A stretch of 62,235 bases of DNA from Clostridiaceae bacterium (GCA_016297585.1 JAEDGJ010000001.1:1-62235); one strand, 5' to 3'; counted from the stretch's first letter, positions 1 through 9,989 are shown. Program-made: numbers and translations. Notes: generated by a model from the sequence alone, not told the origin.

Positions 1-222
1 AAGGTCGACTGCGTCGTCATCGATAACGAGCCCGCCAAGGCGTTTGTCGCCGAGGTCGACGGTCTGAAGATCCTCGAGACCGAGTACATCGAGGAGCAGT
101 ACGCCGGTGCGATGAGCAAGGACAACGCGGCGCTCTACGACGCCGTGAATAACGCGCTCAAGGAACTGATCGCCGACGGCACCGTGCAGGCCATCATCGA
201 CAAGTACATCACGGCGGACTGA
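1..222 (+). CDS. Amino-acid ABC transporter substrate-binding protein, C-terminal fragment (5' end outside window)
   Basis: Frame 1 is open from the window edge to TGA 220-222 (...VQAIIDKYITAD*). It sits directly upstream of the permease/ATPase pair and its composition fits a family-3 solute-binding protein. Confidence 0.6.
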   Translation, partial: KVDCVVIDNEPAKAFVAEVDGLKILETEYIEEQYAGAMSKDNAALYDAVNNALKELIADGTVQAIIDKYITAD

Positions 223-308
223 TTTTTGGCCCGTTTCTTTGAAAAAGATTTCGGTAAGGGGTTCAGCGATTGGACCCCTTACCTCCGTATTAAGGAGCTT
301 TTGATTGC

Positions 309-1094
309 ATGAATAAGATTTCGCCGGCGACACTCTGGCCGGATGTGGCGCCGGACTGGATACTGAACGGGCCGCAGGGACTCAACGACTTCTTTTATAA
401 GCTGTACAAGTGCTTCGTCTACGACGACCGCTACATGATGTACGTCAAGGGTCTCGGCAATACGCTGCTTCTGACCCTGTTTGCGCTGCTTCTGGGCGTG
501 GCGCTCGGCGTGATCGTTTCGCTGATCCGCGTGTCGTGGGACAAAAACCGCACGGAAATGCGGGGCTTTGGCCGCGTGGTCCTCGGCTTCTGCAACGCGA
601 TCGCGAAGGTGTATCTGACCGTCATCCGCGGTACGCCGGTGGTCGTCCAGATCATGATCATGTTCTTCGTCATCTTCGCGTCCTCCCGCAACAAGATCCT
701 GATCGGCTGCCTGTCGTTCGGCATCAACTCCGGCGCCTATGTCGCGGAGATCATCCGCGCCGGCATCATGTCCATCGATCAGGGACAGACCGAGGCCGGC
801 AACAGCCTGGGCTTTTCCTATGTGCCGACCATGCGCTACATCGTGCTGCCGCAGGCGTTCAAGAACGTCCTGCCGGCGCTTGGCAATGAATTCATCGTGC
901 TGCTCAAGGAGACGGCGGTCGTGGGCTATATCGGCCTGGCCGACCTGACCTACGCCGGCAACACCGTCGGCGGCGCCACCTACGAATACCTGTATCCTCT
1001 GCTGGCCGTGGCCTGCGTGTATCTGGTGCTCGTCATGATCTTCTCGTGGCTCGTAGGCAGACTGGAACGGAGGCTGAGGAACAGTGAGCGATAA
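309..1094 (+). CDS. Polar amino-acid ABC transporter permease
   Basis: 261 aa, ATG after AAGGAG. Multi-TM protein with the EAA-type loop [22 protein letters not shown] typical of HisM/GlnP-type permeases. Confidence 0.9.
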   Translation: MNKISPATLWPDVAPDWILNGPQGLNDFFYKLYKCFVYDDRYMMYVKGLGNTLLLTLFALLLGVALGVIVSLIRVSWDKNRTEMRGFGRVVLGFCNAIAKVYLTVIRGTPVVVQIMIMFFVIFASSRNKILIGCLSFGINSGAYVAEIIRAGIMSIDQGQTEAGNSLGFSYVPTMRYIVLPQAFKNVLPALGNEFIVLLKETAVVGYIGLADLTYAGNTVGGATYEYLYPLLAVACVYLVLVMIFSWLVGRLERRLRNSER

Positions 1095-1833
1095 GAACGT
1101 CCTGATTCGGGTCGAGGGCCTGAAAAAATACTACAAAGGCGACGCGATCAAGGCGCTGGACGGCGTGGATGCCGAGATCGCGAAGGGCGAGGTCGTCGTG
1201 GCCGTCGGACCCTCCGGCTCCGGCAAATCCACCTTCCTGCGCAGCCTGAACCTGCTGGAAAAGCCGACGGACGGCCATATCTTCTTCGACGGCGTCGACA
1301 TCACCGACCGCCGCGTGAACATCAATCTCCACCGCCAGAAGATGGGCATGGTCTTCCAGCACTTCAACCTTTTCCCCCATATGACCATCCTGCGCAACAT
1401 GACGCTTGCGCCGATGAAGCTGCGGCACAAATCCCGCGCCGAGGCAGAGGAGCAGGCGATGCAGCTTCTTGGGCGCGTGGGTCTTGCCGACCGCGCGAAC
1501 GCCTATCCGTCGCAGCTCTCCGGCGGCCAGAAGCAGCGTGTGGCGATCGTCCGCGCGCTGTGCATGGAGCCCGAGGTGATGCTTTTCGACGAGCCGACGA
1601 GCGCGCTCGACCCGGAAATGGTCGGCGAGGTGCTCGACGTCATGAAGGAGCTTGCGCACGAGGGCATGACGATGGTCGTCGTGACGCATGAGATGGGCTT
1701 TGCCCGCGAGGTCGGCACGCGCTGCCTCTTTATGGATCAGGGCAAGCTGATCGAGCAGAATACGCCCGACACCTTCTTCGATCATCCGCAAAGTCCGCGT
1801 TTGCAGGCGTTTTTAAGCAAGATATTAAAATAA
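1084..1833 (+). CDS. Polar amino-acid ABC transporter ATP-binding protein (GlnQ/HisP-like)
   Basis: 249 aa, GTG start overlapping the permease stop by 11 nt. Walker [13 protein letters not shown] signature [15 protein letters not shown], Walker [12 protein letters not shown]. Confidence 0.93.
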   Translation: MSDKNVLIRVEGLKKYYKGDAIKALDGVDAEIAKGEVVVAVGPSGSGKSTFLRSLNLLEKPTDGHIFFDGVDITDRRVNINLHRQKMGMVFQHFNLFPHMTILRNMTLAPMKLRHKSRAEAEEQAMQLLGRVGLADRANAYPSQLSGGQKQRVAIVRALCMEPEVMLFDEPTSALDPEMVGEVLDVMKELAHEGMTMVVVTHEMGFAREVGTRCLFMDQGKLIEQNTPDTFFDHPQSPRLQAFLSKILK

Positions 1834-1871
1834 ACGCACGGAAACACGGCCTGTTTGTGCAATTCTACGGC

Positions 1872-1900
1872 TTGCGGCGGCACGATTTTTGGGATATAAT
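1872..1900 (+). promoter_or_regulatory. Putative sigma-A promoter of the pheST leader (TTGCGG-17-TATAAT)
   Basis: -35 TTGCGG at 1872-1877, 17-nt spacer, consensus -10 TATAAT at 1895-1900, just upstream of the T-box leader. Confidence 0.55.
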
Positions 1901-1906
1901 AAAACA

Positions 1907-2212
1907 AATACCGAGAAAAGGCCGTGACCGGGCAAAGTAGCGAGAGCGCCGTCGAGTGATTCCCGACAGAGAGGGACGCGGTACGCTGAGAGGCGTCCAA
2001 CGGAGAATCCGCGCGCGCGAAATTTCACCCGCGAGCCTTCCTGACGGAACGTTTTTCAGATAAAATCAGTAGGTCCGGGAACGTGTTTGCCGCGTTAAGG
2101 CAAAAAAGGTGTCCGCAGAGGGGAAAATGGCCCGCGCTGCGGAAAACCGGGGTGGTACCGCGAAGAAATTCGTCCCCGTGGAGCGGATGCGTCCGTTCCA
2201 CGGGGATTTTTT
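1907..2212 (+). promoter_or_regulatory. T-box leader (tRNA-Phe responsive) controlling pheST
   Basis: Stem-I-like AGAGAG / GGTACGCTGAGAGG elements. Candidate specifier UUC followed by A at 2024-2027. Canonical T-box sequence AAACCGGGGTGGTACCGCG at 2144-2162. Terminator TCCCCGTGG...CCACGGGGA plus T6 at 2173-2212. Boundaries are approximate. Confidence 0.85.
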
Positions 2213-2237
2213 CGATTATAACAACGGAGGTTTTGGT

Positions 2238-3257
2238 ATGCGCGAAGCATTGGAAAAGATTCGTTCGGACGCGCTGGCGGCGATTGCCGGGGCGCGCGAA
2301 ACGTCGGAGCTGGAAGCGCTGCGCGTGCGCTATTCGGGCAAAAAGGGCGAGCTGACCGCGATCCTCAAGATGATGGGCAAGCTCTCCGCCGAAGAGCGTC
2401 CGAAGATGGGACAGCTGGCAAATGAGGTGCGCGCCGCGCTGGAGGACGCGTTTCAGAGCCGTGCCAAGGAGCTCGCCGACCGCGCGATGGAGCAGAAGCT
2501 CCGCGCCGAGACGATCGACGTGACCGTTCCCGCGCCCGAGGCGCCGGTCGGTCATCTGCATCCGCTGACCATCGTCACCCGCGAGATCCGCAGCATTTTC
2601 GAGGCCATGGGCTTTGAGACCGTCGAAGGCCCCGAGGTCGAGACCGACTACTACAATTTCGAGGCGCTCAACACGCCGAAGAACCATCCTGCCCGCGATG
2701 TGCAGGACACCCTCTATTTCTCCGATTCGATGCTCCTGCGCACGCAGACCTCCTCCGTGCAGGCGCGTACGATGGAGAACCGCCGCCCGCCCATCCGCAT
2801 CATCGCGCCCGGACGCGTCTACCGCTCCGACGCCGTCGACGCGACGCATTCCCCGCTGTTCCATCAGATCGAGGGTCTGCTCGTCGACGAGGGCGTGACG
2901 ATGGCCGACTTAAAGGGCGCGCTCGGCGTCTTTGCCAAGGGGCTGTTCGGCGAGCAGACCGCCGTCCGCTTCCGCCCGCACCACTTCCCGTTCACGGAGC
3001 CGTCCGCCGAGATGGACGTGTCCTGCTTCGCCTGCGGCGGCAAGGGCTGCCGCTTCTGCAAGGGCGAGGGCTGGATCGAGATCCTCGGCTGCGGCATGGT
3101 GCATCCCAACGTCCTGCGCGGCTGCGGCATCGATCCGGAAAAGTACTCCGGCTTTGCGTTCGGCATGGGCGTGGAGCGCGTGGCGCTGCTGCGCTATAAG
3201 ATCGACGACATGCGCCTGCTCTATGAAAACGACGTCCGCTTCCTCGAGCAGTTCTGA
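2238..3257 (+). CDS. pheS: Phenylalanine--tRNA ligase alpha subunit
   Basis: Start set to ATG 2238 (GGAGG at 2226-2230), because the longer track ORF from 2109 would read through the T-box terminator. 339 aa. Class II motifs [11 protein letters not shown] and [10 protein letters not shown]. Confidence 0.95.
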   Translation: MREALEKIRSDALAAIAGARETSELEALRVRYSGKKGELTAILKMMGKLSAEERPKMGQLANEVRAALEDAFQSRAKELADRAMEQKLRAETIDVTVPAPEAPVGHLHPLTIVTREIRSIFEAMGFETVEGPEVETDYYNFEALNTPKNHPARDVQDTLYFSDSMLLRTQTSSVQARTMENRRPPIRIIAPGRVYRSDAVDATHSPLFHQIEGLLVDEGVTMADLKGALGVFAKGLFGEQTAVRFRPHHFPFTEPSAEMDVSCFACGGKGCRFCKGEGWIEILGCGMVHPNVLRGCGIDPEKYSGFAFGMGVERVALLRYKIDDMRLLYENDVRFLEQF

Positions 3258-3275
3258 TAAAGGAGGGCTTACACT

Positions 3276-5684
3276 ATGAAATTATCCTATAACTGGCTGC
3301 GCGAGCTCGTGCCCGTCACCGCGTCGCCGAAGGACTATATCGCTGACATGACCATGTCCGGCTCCAAGGTCGAAACGCTCGATTACCTCGGCGCGGAGAT
3401 CGAAAACGTCGTTGTCGGACGCGTCACGGCGATGGAGCACCACCCCGACGCCACGAAGCTCTGGATCTGCCGGATCGACGTCGGCGGCGAGCGCGATCTG
3501 CAGATCGTCACCGGCGCGCAGAACGTCTCCGTCGGCGACATCGTGCCGGTGGCGCTGGACAATTCGAAGCTCCCCGGCGGCGTGGAGATCCACACCGGCG
3601 AGCTGCGCGGCGTGAAGTCCGAGGGTATGCTCTGCTCCCATCAGGAGCTCGGCCTGACGTCGCACGACATCCCCGACGCGCCCGAGCACGGCATCCTGCT
3701 GCTGAACAACACCGCCGAATACGGCGAGCTGACGCCCGGACAGGACATCCGCCCCGTGCTCGGCTTCGACGACTACTGCGTCGACTTCGAAATCACCCCC
3801 AACCGCCCCGACTGCCTGTCCGTCATCGGCCTCGCCCGCGAGAGCGCCGCGACCTATGACATGAGCTTTACACCCGCGACGCCCAAGGTGCACGGCGGCG
3901 CCGGAAAGCTCGACGAGTTCCTGAACGTGACCGTCGAGGAGCCCGAGCTCTGCCCCCGCTATGCCGCGCGGCTCGTGCGCAACGTCCGCATCGCGCCGTC
4001 GCCGAAGTGGATGCGCGACAAGCTCCGCGCGATGGGCGTCCGTCCGATCAACAACATCGTCGACATCACGAACTACGTCATGCTCGAGTACGGCCAGCCG
4101 ATGCACGCGTTCGACTACGCCTGCCTTACTGACAGCCGCATCGTCGTCCGCCGCGCCGGACGCGACGAGGCGTTCCGGACGCTCGACGATCAGGAGAGAA
4201 AGCTGACCGAGAATATGCTCGTGATCGCCGACGGCTCGAAGCCCGTCGCCGTGGCGGGCGTGATGGGCGGCGCGAACTCCGAGATCACCGAAAACACCCG
4301 CAACGTCGTCTTTGAATCCGCGAATTTCTCCGGCGTCAGCATCCGCCTGACGGCGCGCGCGCTGGGGATGCGCACCGAATCCTCCGGCCGCTTCGAAAAG
4401 GGTCTCGATCCGCGCAACGTCGGTCCGGCGCTGGAACGCGCCTGCGAGCTCGTGGAGCTGCTCGGCGCGGGCGACGTCTGCGACGGCGTGATCGACGTCG
4501 ACCATTCCGATCCCGAGCCCCGGCGCCTGACGCTGGACGCCGCGCGCGTCAACCGCTTCCTCGGCATCGACGTGCCCGAGGAGACGATGAAGCGCTATCT
4601 GCGGAACCTGTCCTTCGGCGTCGACGGCAATACCGTGACCGTGCCGTCGTGGAGAAGCGACGTCGAGCAGTTTGCCGACCTCGCGGAGGAGGTCGCGCGC
4701 TTCTACGGCTACGACAAGATCCCGACGACGCTTTTCGCCGGCGCCGCGCCGTATCACCGCTCGGAAAAGATCGCGTTCGAGGACTCGCTGCGCACGATCT
4801 GCGCGGGTCTCGGCTGCGACGAGATCCAGACCTACTCCTTTGTCAGCGAAAAGGTCTTTGACAAGCTGAATCTGCCCGCGGACGACCCCAAGCGCCGCGT
4901 GCTGACGATCATCAACCCCCTGTCCGAGGATATGCGCGTGATGCGCACCACCGCGATCCCGTCGATGCTCGAGGTGCTGGCCCGCAACGCGAACATGAAG
5001 AACGCCCGTGCGCGCCTGTTCGAGCTGTCCTCCACCTATGAGCCCAAACTCCGCGAGGACGGGACCCCCGACAATACGCAGCTTCCCACCGAACGCTGCG
5101 TGCTGACGCTCGGTATGTTCGGCGACGGCGATTTCTTCACGCTGAAGTCCCTCGTCGACGGCATTGCCCGTGCGCTGCGCCTGCCGGAGCTGCGCTATAC
5201 GGCGCAGACGGAGAACCCCGCGTTCCATCCGGGACGCACGGCGGACGTCTATGCGGGCGAGACCTATCTCGGCACGCTCGGTCAGGTGCATCCGCGCGTC
5301 GCGGAGGCGTTCGGACTGCCGGTCGAGGGCTATATCGCCGCGCTTCCGGTGCAGGCGCTGATGGAGGTCCGCGGCGGCATCGTGCAGTATAAGGCTCTGC
5401 CGCGCTTCCCCGGCTGCACCCGCGACCTCGCCGTCGTCTGCGACGAGAGCATCCCGGTGGCCGTGCTGGAGGACGCGATCCGCGCGGGCGTCGGCCCGCT
5501 GCTGGAGAGCGTGAAGCTCTTCGACATCTACCGCTCCGAGGCGCTCGGCGCGGACAAAAAGAGCGTGGCGTTCAGCCTGCTGCTCCGCGATCCGGCGCGC
5601 ACGCTGAAGGACACCGACGCCGACGCCGCGACCGAGAAGGCGGTCGCCGAGCTCGCGAAGATCGGCGCGAAGCTGAGAACCTAA
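3276..5684 (+). CDS. pheT: Phenylalanine--tRNA ligase beta subunit
   Basis: 802 aa, starting 18 nt after pheS. N-terminal tRNA-binding OB domain (VVVGRVTAMEHHPDATKLWICRIDVG), B3/4 and B5 regions, C-terminal FDX-ACB-like domain. Confidence 0.95.
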   Translation: MKLSYNWLRELVPVTASPKDYIADMTMSGSKVETLDYLGAEIENVVVGRVTAMEHHPDATKLWICRIDVGGERDLQIVTGAQNVSVGDIVPVALDNSKLPGGVEIHTGELRGVKSEGMLCSHQELGLTSHDIPDAPEHGILLLNNTAEYGELTPGQDIRPVLGFDDYCVDFEITPNRPDCLSVIGLARESAATYDMSFTPATPKVHGGAGKLDEFLNVTVEEPELCPRYAARLVRNVRIAPSPKWMRDKLRAMGVRPINNIVDITNYVMLEYGQPMHAFDYACLTDSRIVVRRAGRDEAFRTLDDQERKLTENMLVIADGSKPVAVAGVMGGANSEITENTRNVVFESANFSGVSIRLTARALGMRTESSGRFEKGLDPRNVGPALERACELVELLGAGDVCDGVIDVDHSDPEPRRLTLDAARVNRFLGIDVPEETMKRYLRNLSFGVDGNTVTVPSWRSDVEQFADLAEEVARFYGYDKIPTTLFAGAAPYHRSEKIAFEDSLRTICAGLGCDEIQTYSFVSEKVFDKLNLPADDPKRRVLTIINPLSEDMRVMRTTAIPSMLEVLARNANMKNARARLFELSSTYEPKLREDGTPDNTQLPTERCVLTLGMFGDGDFFTLKSLVDGIARALRLPELRYTAQTENPAFHPGRTADVYAGETYLGTLGQVHPRVAEAFGLPVEGYIAALPVQALMEVRGGIVQYKALPRFPGCTRDLAVVCDESIPVAVLEDAIRAGVGPLLESVKLFDIYRSEALGADKKSVAFSLLLRDPARTLKDTDADAATEKAVAELAKIGAKLRT

Positions 5685-5696
5685 AAAAACAGCATA

Positions 5697-5741
5697 AAAG
5701 AGGCCGCAGACGGAGTCTTTCTTCGTCTGCGGCCTCTTTTG
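5697..5741 (+). terminator. Intrinsic terminator after pheT
   Basis: 16-bp perfect stem AAAGAGGCCGCAGACG / CGTCTGCGGCCTCTTT followed by T-rich tail. Confidence 0.8.
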
Positions 5742-5822
5742 CGAAAAGAGAAAGCGAAAGAGGGGAACATTCCCCCCTTTTCCTGCGTCTGATGCGGAAA
5801 AGAGACCTGAGGAGGGATAACG

Positions 5823-6302
5823 ATGAAAAAAATCGTCTTTGCTGCCTGCCTGCTTGTCTGCATCCTCGCGCTTGCCGGCTGCAGCGCCGCCGAAACGCAT
5901 GAACCGCCCGCCGAAAGCGTATCCGTATCCGAAATCGACCTTTCCGGGGTCCGGGCCATCCGAATCGACAGCGGAACGACGGGGGAAAAGGTGCTTTTGA
6001 CCGGGCCGGACGATATCGCCGCCCTCATTTCCGCCGTCGCGCCGCTTTCCGGGAGCGATCCCATCAGCTCCCGGGGGTATTACGGCTGGACGTACGGGTT
6101 TGAATTTTTTGAAACGCAGTCTCCGGAGGAGAACGACGACCCCGTATGGTCGTTTGCGCTGTTCGACGCAAATGCCGACACCACGTATCTGATCTGCGGG
6201 GTGTACGAGTTCATAAACGGTGTGCAGTACGGCGCGATGTATTCTGTGGATCCGGAGACGGCCGACGCCGTGGAGTCGCTCTGCGCGTCGTTTTACCGGT
6301 AA
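5823..6302 (+). CDS. Hypothetical lipoprotein
   Basis: 159 aa. Signal peptide with lipobox LAGC (MKKIVFAACLLVCILALAGCS). SD GAGGAGGG upstream. No family recognised. Confidence 0.7.
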   Translation: MKKIVFAACLLVCILALAGCSAAETHEPPAESVSVSEIDLSGVRAIRIDSGTTGEKVLLTGPDDIAALISAVAPLSGSDPISSRGYYGWTYGFEFFETQSPEENDDPVWSFALFDANADTTYLICGVYEFINGVQYGAMYSVDPETADAVESLCASFYR

Positions 6303-6328
6303 AGCGGTTTTTTAGGGTACGCCGGGCG

Positions 6329-8221
6329 TCAGGCACGTCCGGCACGCTTTTTGCGGCGGCGGCGGACGCAGACGGCGATCGGAACGGCGATCACCGCGAG
6401 AAGAACCGGCGGTACGAGGATGACGAGCCATGTCGCGAGCCCCGGACTGCGCAGCACGGCAAGGCCTCCTTCACTGACCTTGACCTTGCGCCCCTCGACG
6501 TCGCGGTACTGCTCGCCGACCACCGGCACGCCGCTGTCATCCGCCGGGAACGACCCGAGATAGTCCCGCAGCGCCGTCCATTCCTTGATCTCGTTCCCGT
6601 CCGCGTCCCGCAGGGCAAAGGCGTAAAAATCCGTCACCGGCACGCCGTTTTCGTCCGTCGGCGTGATCGACAGCAGCCCGCGGCTCAGGCCGTTGAGCAT
6701 GCCGAGCATGTTGACGGCGTACATGTTGCAGACGAGCTTATAGCGCCGCCCGTCCTCGATCGCCTCCCGGCTGCCGTCCGCGCGCACCAGGGCGGCGTCC
6801 GTGACGCGGTCGAGGAGCATGCGCCGGGTGTTGAAGGTATAGGACAGCCCGGCATAGCTCATCTTGATCGAATTGACCAGGGGCCCCGCGGACGCGTCGA
6901 GCTCGATGAGCAGCTTTAATTCCCGGCCGGTGACGTAGGCCGCCACCAGCGGATGCCCGGCGCTGCCGTCCGAGCCGACGCCGAGGGAGCAGACCTCGAA
7001 GACGTTCGCGAGCGTGATGTCCCCCGTGCCGAACGTGCCGCGGATGGTGCCGAGCGGCGCCAGCGCGACGTCGATGTCGTCGATGCCCGCTTCCCGCGCC
7101 GCGTACAGGTAGGAGTCCGCGATCAGGTTGCCGAGCGTGTTTTCCCCGTGCTCCGCGTAAAGCGTGTCGAGCGCCGGGAAGTCAAACGGCGTCCGTGCGA
7201 CAACGGCGTCGAAATCCTCGCCGCCGAGATAGCCATCCCGGATCTCGTCCTTGAACCGTTCAAGCAGCGCGCGGATCTCCGGATCCTCCGGCACCGTTTC
7301 GTCGACCGGCAGCAGCTCGTAGGACAGAACCGAAGCCTTTCCCTGCGCGTCGACGCGCAGCGTGACGGAGCCGAGGAAATTGGCGTATTCCCCGGCCGAG
7401 ACGATGACCGTATCGCCGGAGAGCACCGGCTCCGTGTAGAGCGTGTGCGAATGCGCGCTGATGATCAGGTCGAGCTCCGGAACGCTTTTGGCAAGCTCGA
7501 TATCCTCGCCGCTGGTGCCGTTTCCGTCCGTGCCGCTGTGCGACAGGCAGACGATCACGTCGGCGGAGTCCCCGATGGCGGCGACCGTCTCCTTGGCGCT
7601 CTGGATGTAGTCGGTGAAGGCCATGCCGCTTGTCGGCGCGCATTCCACGCCGTCATGCCCCAGCAGGCCGAATACCGCGACGCGCAGGCTCCCGGCGTTC
7701 AGGATCGTATAGGGAACCGCGCCGACGTTCTCCATCGCGTCCCGCACGGCGCGCTGCTCGTCCGTGAGCTCGCCGGTCAGCACCATGTTGGACTGCACGA
7801 AGACGGGAAGCGGGTCGCCGGACGCCGCGGCGGCGTTCAGCATGGAAGCAAAGCCGTAGCCGCCGAAGTCCATCTCGTGGTTGCCGAGCGTCGTGGCGTC
7901 ATAGCCGAGCGCGCCGAGCATGCGGAGCTCGTAGGCGTCGGTCGAGTAGCCGGCGCCGAACAGAGTGCCCATAGAAAAGTCGCCCGCGTCGAGCACGAGC
8001 GTGTTTTCGGTGCGGTTTTCGCCGATCAGCGTGGCCAGCCTTGCCGCATTGCCGTGCTCACGCCGCACGCCGTCCTCGGAGGAAACGGCGGTTTCCAGAT
8101 AGGAGTGCATATCGTGCGTGAACAGGATGTGCAGCGTGCGGTCTTCGGCGGCCGCGGAGGAGGACAGGAGCGCCAGCGCGAAAAGCAGCGCGAGCAGAAC
8201 GGAAAGTGATTTTCGGATCAT
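6329..8221 (-). CDS. Secreted bifunctional metallophosphatase/5'-nucleotidase with C-terminal membrane anchor
   Basis: Start set to ATG 8221 (MIRKSLSVLLALLFALALL signal peptide), giving 630 aa. Calcineurin-like motifs HILFTHDMHS, GDFSMGT, GNHEMDFG. C-terminal TM helix plus RRRRKKR tail. Confidence 0.85.
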   Translation of the reverse strand: MIRKSLSVLLALLFALALLSSSAAAEDRTLHILFTHDMHSYLETAVSSEDGVRREHGNAARLATLIGENRTENTLVLDAGDFSMGTLFGAGYSTDAYELRMLGALGYDATTLGNHEMDFGGYGFASMLNAAAASGDPLPVFVQSNMVLTGELTDEQRAVRDAMENVGAVPYTILNAGSLRVAVFGLLGHDGVECAPTSGMAFTDYIQSAKETVAAIGDSADVIVCLSHSGTDGNGTSGEDIELAKSVPELDLIISAHSHTLYTEPVLSGDTVIVSAGEYANFLGSVTLRVDAQGKASVLSYELLPVDETVPEDPEIRALLERFKDEIRDGYLGGEDFDAVVARTPFDFPALDTLYAEHGENTLGNLIADSYLYAAREAGIDDIDVALAPLGTIRGTFGTGDITLANVFEVCSLGVGSDGSAGHPLVAAYVTGRELKLLIELDASAGPLVNSIKMSYAGLSYTFNTRRMLLDRVTDAALVRADGSREAIEDGRRYKLVCNMYAVNMLGMLNGLSRGLLSITPTDENGVPVTDFYAFALRDADGNEIKEWTALRDYLGSFPADDSGVPVVGEQYRDVEGRKVKVSEGGLAVLRSPGLATWLVILVPPVLLAVIAVPIAVCVRRRRKKRAGRA

Positions 8222-8258
8222 ACAGGGTATGCCTCGGTTTCTGTATGGATTTTTCCAT

Positions 8259-8287
8259 ATTGTATCACAAAACGCCGCGGGATTCAA
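8259..8287 (-). promoter_or_regulatory. Putative promoter of the 5'-nucleotidase gene (TTGAAT-17-TACAAT)
   Basis: Minus strand reads TTGAAT cccgcggcgttttgtga TACAAT, about 40 nt upstream of ATG 8221. Confidence 0.5.
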
Positions 8288-8359
8288 CCGCTGCTCTCCG
8301 CAAAAAATACGAATACCGGCCGGAAAGACTATTTTTTGAGGAAAAATCGGCAAAAGGGC

Positions 8360-8387
8360 TTGACAATTCCGGAATTTCCTGTATAAT
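8360..8387 (+). promoter_or_regulatory. Putative strong promoter of rpsF-ssb-rpsR (TTGACA-16-TATAAT)
   Basis: Consensus -35 TTGACA at 8360-8365, 16-nt spacer, consensus -10 TATAAT at 8382-8387. Confidence 0.7.
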
Positions 8388-8393
8388 AGTAAA

Positions 8394-8476
8394 GTCATGG
8401 TTTGTGCGCGTCAGACCATATCCTTGCTCCCGGACAGGAAGCGCCGGGGGCCTTATGTCCATAAGGAGGTGTAATC
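8394..8476 (+). promoter_or_regulatory. Structured rpsF 5' leader (possible S6:S18 autoregulatory element)
   Basis: Three small hairpins: ATGGT/ACCAT, CCCGG/CCGGG and CCTTAT/ATAAGG. The last (8451-8466) overlaps the SD AAGGAGG at 8463-8469. The class assignment is an inference. Confidence 0.35.
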
Positions 8477-8776
8477 ATGGAGAAGAAGAACGCGAATTAC
8501 GAGACCATTTTCATCGTCAACGCGGAGCTGGCCGACGATGCGCGCGATGCGCTTGTCGCGAAGTTCAAGACCCTGATCGAGGAAAACGCCGAGATCACGA
8601 AGATCGATGAGTGGGGCAAGCGCCGTATGGCCTATGCCATCAACGATATGCACGAAGGCTATTATGTCTTCATCAGCTTCGTCGCGCCGCAGGCGTTCCC
8701 GGCGGAGCTCGACCGTGTCTACAAGATCACGGACGGCATCCTCCGTTCGCTGATCGTCAACGTCGACGAGCAGTAA
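8477..8776 (+). CDS. rpsF: 30S ribosomal protein S6
   Basis: 99 aa (YETIFIVNAEL..., WGKRRMAYAIND). Conserved rpsF-ssb-rpsR synteny. Confidence 0.95.
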   Translation: MEKKNANYETIFIVNAELADDARDALVAKFKTLIEENAEITKIDEWGKRRMAYAINDMHEGYYVFISFVAPQAFPAELDRVYKITDGILRSLIVNVDEQ

Positions 8777-8792
8777 GGGAGGGTGACACGCG

Positions 8793-9332
8793 ATGCTGAA
8801 TCGAATCGTCATTATGGGTCGTCTGACCAAGGATCCGGAGCTGCGCTTCACGTCTGCGAACATCCCCGTCTGCACGATCACCGTCGCGGTGGACCGCGAT
8901 TTCGCGCGCGCGGGAGAGCAGAAGGAATGCGACTTCATCGATGTCGTCGCCTGGCGTCAGACCGGTGAGTTTATTTCGAAGTATTTTCAGAAGGGCCGCA
9001 TGATCTATGTCGACGGCCGTCTGCAGAGCCGTAAATGGCGTGATAAAAACGACCAGCCCCGTGTCAGCTTTGAGATCGTAGCCGACAACGTCGGCTTCTG
9101 CGGCGACAAGCCCGCCGATCGTCGTGAGGATACGCGTTATTCCGACAATCCGGCAGACCGCTACGGGGAACCGCCCGCGCCCCGTTACGCGGAGCCGCCC
9201 AGATACAGCGAGCAGCCCCGTTACAGCACTTCTGCGGCACCGGCCGCCGCGTCTCCCGCGGCTTCCCCTCTTCCCGGCGTTTCGGATTTCTCCGAGCTCG
9301 AGGATGAGGCCGACGATAAGGTGCCCTTCTGA
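8793..9332 (+). CDS. ssb: Single-stranded DNA-binding protein
   Basis: 179 aa. N-terminal OB fold ([19 protein letters not shown]), Pro/Tyr-rich disordered linker, acidic tip ...[10 protein letters not shown]. Confidence 0.95.
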   Translation: MLNRIVIMGRLTKDPELRFTSANIPVCTITVAVDRDFARAGEQKECDFIDVVAWRQTGEFISKYFQKGRMIYVDGRLQSRKWRDKNDQPRVSFEIVADNVGFCGDKPADRREDTRYSDNPADRYGEPPAPRYAEPPRYSEQPRYSTSAAPAAASPAASPLPGVSDFSELEDEADDKVPF

Positions 9333-9358
9333 TTATTTGGATAAGGGAGGTTTTTTGC

Positions 9359-9646
9359 ATGGATACCAATCAGACTCGTGAACCGCGTGCCGAGCGTCCC
9401 GCCCGGGATGAGCATGCCGCCGGCGGTATGCGCCCCCGCAAGCGCCGTAAGGTTTGCGCTTTCTGCGCCGATAAGATCGACCACGTCGATTATAAGGACG
9501 TTCCCAGACTTCGCCGCCATATGTCCGAGCGCGGCAAGATTCTGCCCTGCCGTATGACCGGCACCTGCGCGAAGCATCAGCGTCAGCTGACCGTCGCGAT
9601 CAAGCGCGCCCGTCACATCGCGCTCCTGCCCTACGTCGCGGAGTAA
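9359..9646 (+). CDS. rpsR: 30S ribosomal protein S18
   Basis: 95 aa. [60 protein letters not shown]. Confidence 0.95.
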   Translation: MDTNQTREPRAERPARDEHAAGGMRPRKRRKVCAFCADKIDHVDYKDVPRLRRHMSERGKILPCRMTGTCAKHQRQLTVAIKRARHIALLPYVAE

Positions 9647-9656
9647 TTGGTTCAGT

Positions 9657-9696
9657 AAAAAGAGCCTGCGGAGACATCTCTTCCGCAGGCTTTTTT
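9657..9696 (+). terminator. Intrinsic terminator after rpsR
   Basis: Stem GCCTGCGGA / TCCGCAGGC followed by TTTTTT (9691-9696). Confidence 0.8.
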
Positions 9697-9736
9697 GCGT
9701 CTTTTGCCAAAAATGCGGCGGCCTTTCGCGTTTTGC

Positions 9737-9765
9737 TTGACAAGCGTCCGGATGTATGCTATACT
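9737..9765 (+). promoter_or_regulatory. Orphan consensus promoter (TTGACA-17-TATACT)
   Basis: TTGACA at 9737-9742, 17-nt spacer, TATACT at 9760-9765. The next recognisable gene starts about 250 nt downstream. Confidence 0.6.
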
Positions 9766-9804
9766 CGGACACAATTTCCACACGAAAAAGAAAGGAAAGC
9801 GGCC

Positions 9805-9915
9805 ATGACGCTCTTGGTATCCGCAATGCTCGAGAACGCGAATATGCGCGGTATGGATCCCTCCGCGGGATTTCCGGCCGGGCCTGCTTTGCCGCACCTT
9901 TTTCGGGAAATATAA
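9805..9915 (+). CDS. Candidate 36-codon leader peptide / uORF
   Basis: ATG 9805 lies 9 nt after AGGA. Product MTLLVSAMLENANMRGMDPSAGFPAGPALPHLFREI*. It contains the antiterminator 5' arm. No homology recognised, so coding status is unproven. Confidence 0.3.
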   Translation: MTLLVSAMLENANMRGMDPSAGFPAGPALPHLFREI

Positions 9916-9935
9916 GATTTGCCGGATGAAAACCG

Positions 9936-9989
9936 CGCGGCGCAGGCTCGTATTCCTTCAAAAAAGGAAGAGTCTGCGCCGCGTTTTCT
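9936..9989 (+). terminator. Leader (attenuator) terminator upstream of the methyltransferase
   Basis: Outer stem of 14 pairs (9936-9949 with 9970-9983, one G-U) plus inner 6-bp stem TTCCTT/AAGGAA, followed by TTTTCTATT. It ends about 25 nt before ATG 10013. Confidence 0.7.

Noticed and set aside
2109-2237. N-terminal extension of the pheS ORF (track start 2109).
   Set aside because: The extension would be translated through the T-box sequence and its terminator. A canonical SD plus ATG at 2238 gives a normal-length PheS.
3282-5900. 872-aa ORF on the minus strand across pheT. The same class includes 9221-10867(-), 15343-16779(+), 20419-21999(+), 26588-28375(-), 28489-30507(-), 31131-33074(-), 43375-45141(-), 52144-54627(-) and 54754-56274(-).
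   Set aside because: These are mirror-strand ORFs of strongly recognisable genes. Their products are Arg/Ala/Gly/His/Pro-rich low-complexity strings with no motifs, SDs or sensible starts. Stop-codon depletion on the antisense strand is expected in a GC-rich genome.
9166-9232. Repeated PRY(A/S)E peptide units in ssb, as a DNA tandem repeat.
   Set aside because: This is a degenerate, protein-level low-complexity linker typical of SSB disordered tails, not a nucleotide-level tandem repeat.
9733-9915. 60-aa track ORF as a protein gene.
   Set aside because: Its TTG start lies inside the -35 region of the promoter. Only the internal ATG 9805 has an SD, so I report only the 36-codon uORF, at low confidence.
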